NCBI GenBank assembly: GCA_009909065.1 | Contig: JAAANZ010000023.1 | Coordinates: forward strand, 210 to 64,209 | DNA: 64,000 bases | Source of the DNA: Alphaproteobacteria bacterium | GTDB taxonomy: Bacteria; Pseudomonadota; Alphaproteobacteria; Caulobacterales; Hyphomonadaceae | Direction of reading: 5' to 3' | In this document: positions 10,652 through 18,198 of the stretch, piece by piece | Layout of the letters: every line of letters starts with the position of its first letter | Position numbering within the stretch: position 1 is the first letter of the stretch | Translations under genes and position numbers: made by a program | The notes under the pieces: generated by a model | The model's input: the letters and a program-made list of their open reading frames with translations, nothing else | What the model was told of the DNA's origin: nothing | The model's database searches: none

Positions 10652-10669
10652 ATGACACGGGTATGACAC
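10652..10669 (-). promoter_or_regulatory. Pho-box-like direct repeat (GTGTCAT-ACCC-GTGTCAT on the minus strand)
   Basis: Two identical 7-mers separated by 4 nt (11-bp period), in the same orientation as the TBDR gene and about 53 nt upstream of its start. The geometry and the TGTCAT core match the PhoB box consensus CTGTCAT-N4-CTGTCAT. Confidence 0.6.
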
Positions 10670-10705
10670 TTCGTTGAAAGAATCGTTACTCCCGCGCCCG
10701 CCGGC

Positions 10706-11308
10706 TCATTGCGCCGCGCTCATGACCCGCCGCATCATCGGGAAATAGGTCTCCAGTTCCGGGGGCTGGCAATCGGTGCGCTTTCCTTCCTCGTCGCAGC
10801 GGCGCAGCAGGACGGCATCCTTGTGGTGGGGGTCGGCCTCGAAAGCGGCGATTTCCTCTGCGCTCATCAACCCGCCCTGGAGTTCGAGGCTGCGCTGCGA
10901 GGCGGGGCTGAGACTTTCCAGATAGCCTTCCTCCACTGTGCAGAGATACCGCTTGGCATCGACATGTAGCGCCACGGGCCGCGAGACAGATGGCGGAAAG
11001 AATTTGCGGAGGAATTTTTCCCCAATGATTTCATGGCGCATGTCCACGCCCTGCTCGGCTATATCCTCGCCGCGATCATGCATCAGGTGGCCGACATCAT
11101 GCAGCAGCGTGGCAATGATCAGCGCCTCGCTCGCCCCGCGGATACGGGCAGCTTCGGCGCATTGGAGCGCATGGGCGCGTTCGGTGACCGCCTCGCCATA
11201 CATGCGCTCGCCGCGTAAGCCGAATATCTCGGCGATGCGGGCAATCGTTTCACTCTCGCCCGGCCCGGGCGTTTCGATTCCGGTTGCGGTCGGGTCTGTG
11301 GAAGGCAA
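10706..11308 (-). CDS. phnZ: HD-domain phosphonate-degradation oxygenase (PhnZ/TmpB-like)
   Basis: 200 aa. It has the HD motif ATLLHDVGHL plus downstream His/Asp ligand-like positions (HEIIGEKFL, ALHVDAKRYL, RRCDEEGK). Size and context, next to a FAD oxidoreductase and phnX, fit the phosphonate-operon-associated HD family. Confidence 0.75.
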   Translation of the reverse strand: MPSTDPTATGIETPGPGESETIARIAEIFGLRGERMYGEAVTERAHALQCAEAARIRGASEALIIATLLHDVGHLMHDRGEDIAEQGVDMRHEIIGEKFLRKFFPPSVSRPVALHVDAKRYLCTVEEGYLESLSPASQRSLELQGGLMSAEEIAAFEADPHHKDAVLLRRCDEEGKRTDCQPPELETYFPMMRRVMSAAQ

Positions 11309-11363
11309 TTCTCGGTCTCGCTATTGGTGATTTGTCCAGTCTCGGTTTAGAAACGGGCGTTAT

Positions 11364-11377
11364 ACTGGTTCATACCA
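11364..11377. promoter_or_regulatory. weaker candidate GntR-type site (ACTGGTTCATACCA)
   Basis: Lies in the divergent phnZ-like / FAD-oxidoreductase promoter region. It keeps the TGGT...ACCA arms of the other sites, but the centre differs. Confidence 0.3.
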
Positions 11378-11395
11378 AATGTCGAGGAGGCGAAA

Positions 11396-12565
11396 CTGCG
11401 CAGCGGCCATCCGTCCACCGAGGAGTTTGACCTGGCAATCGTCGGCGGCGGGATTGTCGGTCTTGCCGCCGGCGTGCTGGCGGCGCGGGCCGGCGCGCGA
11501 ATTGTGCTCCTGGAGGCGGACAGCGCGCCGCAGGGCGCCTCGGTTCGCAATTTCGGCCTGGTCACGGTCAGCGGCCAGGCGCGCGGGGAGGTCTGGTCGC
11601 TCAGCCGCCGCAGCCGCGATCTCTGGCGGCAGATCGCCGATGAGGCGGGCCTTGCGGTCCTCCAGTCGGGCATGCTGATTGCCGCGCAATCGCGCGAGGC
11701 CGGCGACCTGCTCGAGGCTTTCCTGGCCAGCGAAATGGGACAAGCCTGCACGCCCCTTTCGCTCGGGCAGGCGGTTTCGCACTGTCCGCTCTTGCGGCGT
11801 GACGTGCTGGAAACGGCCGTCTGGAGCCCGGAGGAATTGCGGGTCGAACCGCGCGAAGTGGTGCCGCATCTGGCCCGCCATGCCGCCCGGCTCGGCGCGG
11901 TCGTGCGTTTCGACGCGCCCGTCGCAGCTGTCGAGAGCGGAGCGGTGCACCTGTTCAATGGCGAACGGGTCAGGGCCGGCCGCATACTGGTCTGCGCCGG
12001 CGCGGGCCTGCGCAATTTTGCGCCGCCGGAGCTTGCCGCCCGCCTGCCGGGTGTGACCAAGTTGCACATGTTGCGCCTGAGGCCCCGCACCGATGCGGGG
12101 CAGCTGGCCGTTCCGGTGATCAGTGACCTCACGCTCGCGCGCTATCCGGGCTTTGCCGAATTGCCGGAGGCGGCGGGCCTGAAGGCCCGGATCGCGGCCC
12201 GCCAGCCCGACATGCTGTCCGACGGCATTCATATTATCGCGGTGAGATGCGCCGATGGCTCGGTGATCATCGGCGACAGCCACCATCCCTGCGCTGGCGA
12301 CAGCGCGGACCCCTTCCAGCCGGCGGAAACCGATGCGCGCATCCTTAAGGCGGCGGGCGATTTTCTCGACCTGGATGGCGCGCAGGTCATCGAACGCTGG
12401 ACCGGCGCCTATCCGCGCGCCGAAGGCGGGGACTGGCTGATCGAGGAGACCCAACCGGGCGTCTGGCTCGCCGGTGTCCTGGGCGGCAAGGGCATGACAC
12501 TGGCATTCGGCTTTGCCGAGCGCGCACTGGCCCGGACTGGTCTTGGCGCAGGGGTCACCGCATGA
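11396..12565 (+). CDS. FAD-dependent (DAO-family) amine oxidoreductase associated with aminophosphonate catabolism
   Basis: The track ORF starts at GTG 11474, but the in-frame upstream sequence encodes the Rossmann motif DLAIVGGGIVGLAAG (11429..11473). The in-frame stop is at 11348, and the only start-like codon between is CTG 11396, 5 nt after GAGGAGG. The C-terminal part overlaps phnX by 4 nt. The start coordinate is uncertain. Confidence 0.8.
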   Translation: MRSGHPSTEEFDLAIVGGGIVGLAAGVLAARAGARIVLLEADSAPQGASVRNFGLVTVSGQARGEVWSLSRRSRDLWRQIADEAGLAVLQSGMLIAAQSREAGDLLEAFLASEMGQACTPLSLGQAVSHCPLLRRDVLETAVWSPEELRVEPREVVPHLARHAARLGAVVRFDAPVAAVESGAVHLFNGERVRAGRILVCAGAGLRNFAPPELAARLPGVTKLHMLRLRPRTDAGQLAVPVISDLTLARYPGFAELPEAAGLKARIAARQPDMLSDGIHIIAVRCADGSVIIGDSHHPCAGDSADPFQPAETDARILKAAGDFLDLDGAQVIERWTGAYPRAEGGDWLIEETQPGVWLAGVLGGKGMTLAFGFAERALARTGLGAGVTA

Positions 12566-13275
12566 AGCCCGATGCCGTGATCTTCGACTGGGCCGGCACG
12601 CTGATCGATCCGGGCTGCCGCGCGCCGGTTCTGGCCTTCCGGACCGCGTTTGCACAGGCCGGCATCTCATTGCCGGAGTCGCTGGTGCGCCGTGACATGG
12701 GACGCGGCAAGCTAGATCATACCTCCCGCCTGCTCGCGGAGCCGGAGGTCGGCGCCGCATTCTGCAAGGCGCATGGCCATGCGCCCGGCCCGGCGGATGT
12801 CGATTCACTTTACAATGCGGTGAGCCAGGCGATGGCCGGCGCGGTCCTGCAAAGCGCTGAGCCTGTTCCGGGCGCGGCGAGGATTCTTGACGAGCTGGCC
12901 GCGCAGGGCGTGCGGATCGGTTCGACCACGGGCTATCCGCGCGACGTCATGGACGCGCTCCTGCCATATGCGCGGGCGCAGGGTATTGCCCCGGAAATCG
13001 TGGTCTGTGCCGAAGAGGTGGCCGATCCGCGGCCCGGTCCCGGACAAATCCGCGCCTGTCTCGAGGCTTTCGCCATTACCGATCCCGGGCGCTGCGCAAA
13101 GGTGGATGACACGCTGGCCGGCCTGCAGGCCGGGCGGGGGGCCGGGTGTTTCAGTATTGCCGTGACCGCCTCGGGCAATCCCCTGGACCCGCACGACCTG
13201 GCGGGCTGCGCGGATGCGGCCTGTGCGAGCCTGGCCGACCTGCCGGCTTGCCTAGACGCCCTGTTTGCCGATTGA
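12562..13275 (+). CDS. phnX: phosphonoacetaldehyde hydrolase (phosphonatase)
   Basis: HAD fold with AVIFDWAGTLID (nucleophile Asp), MGRGKLDH (Schiff-base Lys region), IGSTTGY, RPGP and KVDDTLAGLQAGRGAG. It is colinear with Bacillus cereus PhnX. Confidence 0.85.
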   Translation: MKPDAVIFDWAGTLIDPGCRAPVLAFRTAFAQAGISLPESLVRRDMGRGKLDHTSRLLAEPEVGAAFCKAHGHAPGPADVDSLYNAVSQAMAGAVLQSAEPVPGAARILDELAAQGVRIGSTTGYPRDVMDALLPYARAQGIAPEIVVCAEEVADPRPGPGQIRACLEAFAITDPGRCAKVDDTLAGLQAGRGAGCFSIAVTASGNPLDPHDLAGCADAACASLADLPACLDALFAD

Positions 13276-13312
13276 CTCTGTTCAGGAATGCCTTTCGCTG
13301 TGAGGGCCAAAA

Positions 13313-13322
13313 GGTCCAGACC
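13313..13322. promoter_or_regulatory. putative autoregulatory GntR operator core (GGTCCAGACC)
   Basis: A 10-bp core identical to the centre of the 10626..10640 site, located about 30 nt upstream of the GntR-family gene start. Confidence 0.45.
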
Positions 13323-13352
13323 TCGGGAAAAAGGTGATGAATGGGAGGGGAC

Positions 13353-14135
13353 ATGCCGGGCGATATCGAGGCGACGATCGACACCATTGCCCGCGGCCTG
13401 GCGCGCGGGCCGCAGCCGCATTCCGGGCGCAGCTATATCGAGGTGCGAAACCTTATCGCCGACCTGATCGAGACCGGCGAGCTGGCACCGGGCATCCGCC
13501 TGCCGTCGGAACGGGTTCTGCACGAGCTGCTCGGTGTGGCCCGCGGAACCCTGCGCGATGCGCTCACCCTCCTCGAAGCCGAAGGCACGATGCATAGGCT
13601 GGACCGGCGCGGCTGGTTCGTTTCGCCCCCGCGGATCCGCTATGATCCGACGACGCTGGAAGGTTTTCATACCTTTGTCGCCGCACAGGGGCGCAAGCCA
13701 ACCACGCATACATTGTCAAAGCGACTGGTGCCCGTGAATGCCGAGGCGGCGAGCGTGTTCGGCCTCGACCGGAATGATCCGATCTTCCTGATCCTGCGCC
13801 GGCGCTGCATTGATGACCGCCCGGTCCTGCTGGAACATATTTATGTCGACCCGCAGCGGTTTCCCGGCCTGATCGAACAGGATCTTGACGGATCGCTCAG
13901 CGCGATCCTGCGCGAACATTACAGGATCCTGACCACGCATGCACAAGTGACCATGTATCCTTCCATCCTCACCGGTCCGGTCGCCCAGGAACTCAATGTC
14001 TCACAGGGCACGCCCTCGCTTTTCATTTCGCGTATCTGTCGCTCGGAAGAGGGTTATGTCACCGAATACAATCAGAATTTCTGGCATTACAATGCGCTGA
14101 AACTCGTCATGAGCGTGCAGGACCGTGCAAGATGA
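13353..14135 (+). CDS. GntR-family transcriptional regulator, HutC/PhnF-like (wHTH + UTRA effector domain)
   Basis: N-terminal GntR wHTH (LPSERVLHELLGVARGTLRDALTLLEAEG) and a C-terminal UTRA-like region (..ILRRRCIDDRPVLLEHIYV...GTPSLFISRI..). Preferred start is ATG 13353 behind GGGAGGGG; the track start is 13341. Confidence 0.85.
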   Translation: MPGDIEATIDTIARGLARGPQPHSGRSYIEVRNLIADLIETGELAPGIRLPSERVLHELLGVARGTLRDALTLLEAEGTMHRLDRRGWFVSPPRIRYDPTTLEGFHTFVAAQGRKPTTHTLSKRLVPVNAEAASVFGLDRNDPIFLILRRRCIDDRPVLLEHIYVDPQRFPGLIEQDLDGSLSAILREHYRILTTHAQVTMYPSILTGPVAQELNVSQGTPSLFISRICRSEEGYVTEYNQNFWHYNALKLVMSVQDRAR

Positions 14136-14216
14136 GGGTGGGGGACCTGGCTGCGCGCCGATGGAGCGGGCGATGAAGGCCGTTCGCAGGGCCCCGCCGC
14201 CCTCGCCCCGTGCGGT

Positions 14217-15944
14217 TCAACCGCGATGCGAGAGATCGAAAGCCACCTTGCGTGCCTGACCGTTATCGCCGAGGCGTTCGACGGCCAGGTCGAGCGTGAC
14301 GCCGCCATGATCCTCGAAATACCCGATTTCGATGGGGTGCGCGCCAGCTTCCAGGGCCACCATTCCGAAACGCGTGCGCGGGCTGTGCGAGCCGTCATTC
14401 TCGACCACGCGCTGGCCGGCAATATCGACGAGCGTTCCGTCATCCGAACGTGTCGAGAGGCGGTAGAGGCCTGTTTCCGGCACGGTCAGGAAACCGGTGA
14501 AGCGGATGGCATAATGGTCCTCGCGCTCCTGCAGCGCCTCGATGTCGAGATCCTTGCTGACCCCGCGGGTCAGGGGAGTGCCCAGACCGGCGAAATCCGG
14601 CACGGCCATGAATTCGCCCTCCCAATAGGCATAGGACAGCCCGGGGCTTGTCCTTCCGGGCGAGAGGGCCGCCACGGGGTCGGCCTTTTCATACCGGCGC
14701 ATGAAATCGCCGGAACGGCGAAAGCCTTCGGGGGCAAAATAGGCGGCCCGGACCGTCCGCGTGTCGGTGAGTTCGATCGGGCTTTCATAGAGAGCGGACT
14801 CGCGTGTCGGAGCGCTGCCATCGAGCGTGTAGCGTATATCGAGGCCGGGATACTGTGAATCGAGTTCGACGGCGTGGCGGGTCTCGAACAGGGTGCGCTC
14901 GGTCATCGGAAGATCCAGGTCGAGCTCCTCGAGATTGACCCGGTAGATGGATTCGGTCTGGCCGGTTTGTGTGTTGACGATTCGATAGAGCAGGTGGGCC
15001 AGATTCTCCGCATCATCTTCCCACTGGATATCGATCAGCGCCATCGAATGGGTGGATGTGTTCACCGCCGAGACACGCCAGGGATTGAGCTCCGGTGACT
15101 CGATCTGGTTAACCCCGGCAAACTGCAATTCGATGGCGTCATAGTCGAGTGCGCCGCGGCGCCGGGCGACCTCGCCGTAATGCTGGTCGCCCGTGATGAA
15201 CAGGACCCCGTCCTTGCCGGACCGGCGGACCGTGTCGAACAGGCGTTCGGCCGCGCCTTCATAATTGTCCCAGGTTTCCGAGCCGGCCTCGCGCGGCAGC
15301 AGGACCTGCGTCCCCGAGACGATAAGGGTGAGATCGGCAGGCACGCGGATCTGCTCTTCCAGCCAGCTCCATTGCGCCTCGCCGAGAATGTCGCCGCCGG
15401 TGTCCGGCGCGTCACGGTTCCAGCGCACATCCAGCATGATCACCTGCAGGCGTTTGCCATCCGTCTCGAAAACACGGGCGGAGTAAATGCCGTCGGCGGG
15501 ATTGGCCGGCACGCCCGCATCGCCCCAGAACTGGGTAAAGGCGCGTTTGCCATCTTCCTTGAGACGGTAGGTGCGATCCTCGTCATTGTCGCCATAATCA
15601 TGGTCGTCCCAGGTCGCCATGTGGTGGCCCGTGGCCCGCAGCGCCTCGAAACCCGGCTGGGCCGCCAGGTCGCGATAGCCCTGATAGATCGCCTCGGGAT
15701 TGTCCTGGGTATCGATATAGACATTGTCACCGACCCAGAGCGACAGGTCCGGCGCGGCCTGCGCATAGGATTGCAGGGCCGGGGCGGGCTCATACTGCTT
15801 GATGCAACCGAGCAGGGCGATCCGGTCGATCTCGGCCTCGCCCGCGGGCGTGCCGGCCTGTCCCTGTGCCGGTTGCACGGTTCCGGCACAGGCCGCAAGG
15901 GCGGTCAGGGTGGCGACGAGGCTTGCGCGCATGAAGGTCTCCAT
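14217..15944 (-). CDS. phoD: PhoD-like phosphodiesterase/alkaline phosphatase D fused to a chitobiase-C-like Ig module and a PA14 domain (lipoprotein signal)
   Basis: METFMRASLVATLTALAAC (lipobox). PhoD-type metallophosphatase motifs are present (WVGDNVYID, TWDDHDYGDND, FITGDQHYGE), followed by IRYTLDGSAPT...VRAAYF and a PA14-like block (YAYWEGEF...HYAIRFTGFLTVPETGLYRLSTRSDDGTLVDI...). The track ORF 14217..16844 is over-extended into the upstream gene. Confidence 0.85.
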   Translation of the reverse strand: METFMRASLVATLTALAACAGTVQPAQGQAGTPAGEAEIDRIALLGCIKQYEPAPALQSYAQAAPDLSLWVGDNVYIDTQDNPEAIYQGYRDLAAQPGFEALRATGHHMATWDDHDYGDNDEDRTYRLKEDGKRAFTQFWGDAGVPANPADGIYSARVFETDGKRLQVIMLDVRWNRDAPDTGGDILGEAQWSWLEEQIRVPADLTLIVSGTQVLLPREAGSETWDNYEGAAERLFDTVRRSGKDGVLFITGDQHYGEVARRRGALDYDAIELQFAGVNQIESPELNPWRVSAVNTSTHSMALIDIQWEDDAENLAHLLYRIVNTQTGQTESIYRVNLEELDLDLPMTERTLFETRHAVELDSQYPGLDIRYTLDGSAPTRESALYESPIELTDTRTVRAAYFAPEGFRRSGDFMRRYEKADPVAALSPGRTSPGLSYAYWEGEFMAVPDFAGLGTPLTRGVSKDLDIEALQEREDHYAIRFTGFLTVPETGLYRLSTRSDDGTLVDIAGQRVVENDGSHSPRTRFGMVALEAGAHPIEIGYFEDHGGVTLDLAVERLGDNGQARKVAFDLSHRG

Positions 15945-15970
15945 TGGTGTGTTTCCCGGCAGGCCGGCCA

Positions 15971-17284
15971 TCAGCCAGCCGCGGCCGGGGCGGGCGTCTT
16001 GGCACCGGCCGGGTCGGCGAGATGGCCCCTGCGGAAATAGAGAAAGGCGGCGGTGGTGCAGGTCGCGACAACAGCGGCAGAGATGTAACAAAAGCCGACA
16101 AAGAAATTCAGCCAGTCGAGATCGGCGGCGCCGAAATTCTTGTAGAGCATCAGCCCGACACTGCCGGCATAGCCGCTCGCATCGGCCAGATACATGAAGA
16201 AGGCGGCATTGCCGGGCGTCTTCAGCGCCGCCGTCATGCGATCCACGAGGATACAGTTGTAAGGCACATAGCCCATATACAGGCCGGCCCCGACGGCGAT
16301 CATCCAGCTCACCGGGCCGATGGCGCCGGTCTGGAAACCGAATGTGGACAGCGCAACGAGCCCTGCGCCGGCGAATATGATCCAGTGATGGGTCAGGACG
16401 GCATTGCGGTTGGACTTGATGACGATGGTCGAGGCCATGAAGGCGAGCACCACCGCGGCGACGGGAATCTCGGACAGCGCAAAGATCGAGGGCGTGTCGG
16501 CATAACCGACCGCCTCCCAGATCTCGACGGCGAAATTGTCGCGAAAATCGCGCAGGGCGGTGAGCACGACATAGGCCAGGATCAGCATGGTCAGCCCGAA
16601 GGCATTGTTCCAGAAAAACGCTTTCCGCTCGGCGGCATGCATCGGCACCCGCGGTTTGCGCTCGGCCTTGTCCGCCTCGCTTGGCGCCGGCGTGAGCGAA
16701 AGAAACCAGACCGAGATCGCAAGGATCGGCATGAAGATCACACCGGTCAGCGCCGGCATCCAGACATCCGGCACGCCCTGCTCGACGATCAGCCAGCGGC
16801 CGACGGATTTGACCACGCCTGACGAGATGATGAAACTGGCACACAGCCCGGCACCGATGATCTCACTGATCCGGCGCCCCTCCATATAGGCAAAGACCAG
16901 CCCCCAGATCATGCCCAGTGGCAGGCCGTTCATGAAGATCGCCGCGATCTTCCAGTTGGCCGGCAATATCGCGAAGAGGACAAGGGCCAGCCAGGCCGTG
17001 GCGATGAAGCCGAGGATCATCAGTGCGCGCCGGTTCGGTTCGGCTTCGGAGACGATTTTCACGCCGATCAGCTTGGAAAGCGCATAGCCGAGAACCTGGC
17101 AGATCACGATGGCGATCTTGAAATCGATCGCGAACCCCCAGGCTTCGATGCCTTCATAAGTCGCCACCGTGAATGGCTTGCGGAAGGCATACATGGAGAA
17201 ATAGGTCGTGAAGGCGGCCGCCAGGGCATAAGCGCCGATCCAGAAGGTTCCCGAGCGCTGGACAGTGCGCGTGATCACATTCAT
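15971..17284 (-). CDS. MFS-like polytopic permease (resembles the DUF5690 family seen in phosphonate loci)
   Basis: 437 aa with about 12 hydrophobic helices. The N-terminal YFSMYAFRKPFTVATYEG...QVLGYALSKLIGVKIVSE resembles DUF5690 as I recall it. It sits 26 nt upstream of the PhoD-like gene on the same strand. The membrane transporter call is secure; the family name is less so. Confidence 0.8.
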   Translation of the reverse strand: MNVITRTVQRSGTFWIGAYALAAAFTTYFSMYAFRKPFTVATYEGIEAWGFAIDFKIAIVICQVLGYALSKLIGVKIVSEAEPNRRALMILGFIATAWLALVLFAILPANWKIAAIFMNGLPLGMIWGLVFAYMEGRRISEIIGAGLCASFIISSGVVKSVGRWLIVEQGVPDVWMPALTGVIFMPILAISVWFLSLTPAPSEADKAERKPRVPMHAAERKAFFWNNAFGLTMLILAYVVLTALRDFRDNFAVEIWEAVGYADTPSIFALSEIPVAAVVLAFMASTIVIKSNRNAVLTHHWIIFAGAGLVALSTFGFQTGAIGPVSWMIAVGAGLYMGYVPYNCILVDRMTAALKTPGNAAFFMYLADASGYAGSVGLMLYKNFGAADLDWLNFFVGFCYISAAVVATCTTAAFLYFRRGHLADPAGAKTPAPAAAG

Positions 17285-17323
17285 CGGGCCCCTCCCTGCT
17301 TGAGGGCTCCCTAATACGGTCCA

Positions 17324-17339
17324 ACTGGTCTAGTCCAGT
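17324..17339. promoter_or_regulatory. putative HutC/PhnF-type GntR operator (ACTGGTCTAGTCCAGT)
   Basis: A 16-bp near-palindrome embedded in a perfect 9-bp inverted repeat, TCCAACTGG-N6-CCAGTTGGA (17320..17343), 40 nt upstream of the permease start. It closely resembles the GGTCTAGACC-type operators of HutC-subfamily regulators. Confidence 0.55.
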
Positions 17340-17655
17340 TGGAAGTTTGAATGTCATCAAAATTTCAAACGCACTCAGCCGCGCTGATCCGGCGCGAGCT
17401 GCACGCCTTTCCGGCTCTCGGCGGCCGCCGGACATCTCCCGGCGCCAGCGGCTCGCGGCCCGGAACGATTCTTGAGCGCAGCCGGAAAGCGGCCGGACCG
17501 GGCTGGCCATGCCGCTGCGACGTCTTGTCGGTTTTTGATGATGCGGAAATCAAAAAGCACAAAGTATCCAATATTCGACAATACCAGCGCGGTTCAGGGC
17601 TTGTTAACCGAAATCGTCACATCTGGGGCCATCAATGCTGACCAGAGGTGCCCCA

Positions 17656-18132
17656 ATGATTCGCGCTGCCCTATTTGCCCTTTCACTGACCACGGCGTTC
17701 GTCGCTCCCGTCCACGCGTCCGGGCTGACGGCCGAACAGTCCGTCCTGAAAATCGTCGAAACTGTCGACGAATCCGGCGAGACGGTGACAAATCTCGTCC
17801 CGGCCGACAAGGTGGCGCCCGGTGACACGGTTGTCTATGCTCTGGAATATGCCAATGGCGCGAGCGACCCGGCCGACAATGTGAAGCTGACCATGCCCGT
17901 CCCCGCAGAGGTGAGCTATCTCGAGAACTCGGCCACGACGGATGGCGTTTCGGTCTCTTTCTCGGCCGATGGCGGAGAGCGGTTCGCCAGCCGCGGAGAT
18001 CTGACCGTCAGCGTTGACGGCGAGCCGCGCGAGGCCCTGTCCGGCGACATCACGCATGTCCGCTGGGTGTTTGAAGAGCCGATCGCCGCCGGCGCCACCG
18101 GAAAGGTCTCTTACAGGGCCGTCCTCGACTGA
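17656..18132 (+). CDS. small secreted single-DUF11-domain protein (locus gene A)
   Basis: Signal peptide MIRAALFALSLTTAFVAPVHA. The mature ~135 aa carries the DUF11 'conserved repeat' signature (PGDTVVYALEYANGASDPADNVKLTMPVPAEV...GATGKVSYRAVL). Alternative start is ATG 17635 (track). Confidence 0.8.
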   Translation: MIRAALFALSLTTAFVAPVHASGLTAEQSVLKIVETVDESGETVTNLVPADKVAPGDTVVYALEYANGASDPADNVKLTMPVPAEVSYLENSATTDGVSVSFSADGGERFASRGDLTVSVDGEPREALSGDITHVRWVFEEPIAAGATGKVSYRAVLD

Positions 18133-18165
18133 CGGCAGGTCCACAGCCAGAAATGCCTCCCAGGA

Positions 18166-18198
18166 ACGGCCGGATTCGCAATCCGGCCGTAACCTTTT
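18166..18198 (+). terminator. stem-loop with short T-tract after gene A
   Basis: ACGGCCGGAT-tcgca-ATCCGGCCGT (10-bp perfect stem) followed by AACCTTTTG. It lies 34 nt after the gene A stop. Confidence 0.6.

Noticed and set aside
11360-12808. 482-aa minus-strand ORF across the FAD oxidoreductase and phnX
   Set aside because: It is antisense to two genes with clear Rossmann and HAD motifs. The translation is Arg/Pro/Ala-rich and motif-free.
14217-16844. 875-aa ORF read as one protein
   Set aside because: Only the C-terminal ~575 aa (from METFMRASL, 15944) look like a protein, with a lipobox, PhoD motifs and PA14. The N-terminal ~300 aa are a shadow frame overlapping the real permease gene (15971..17284).
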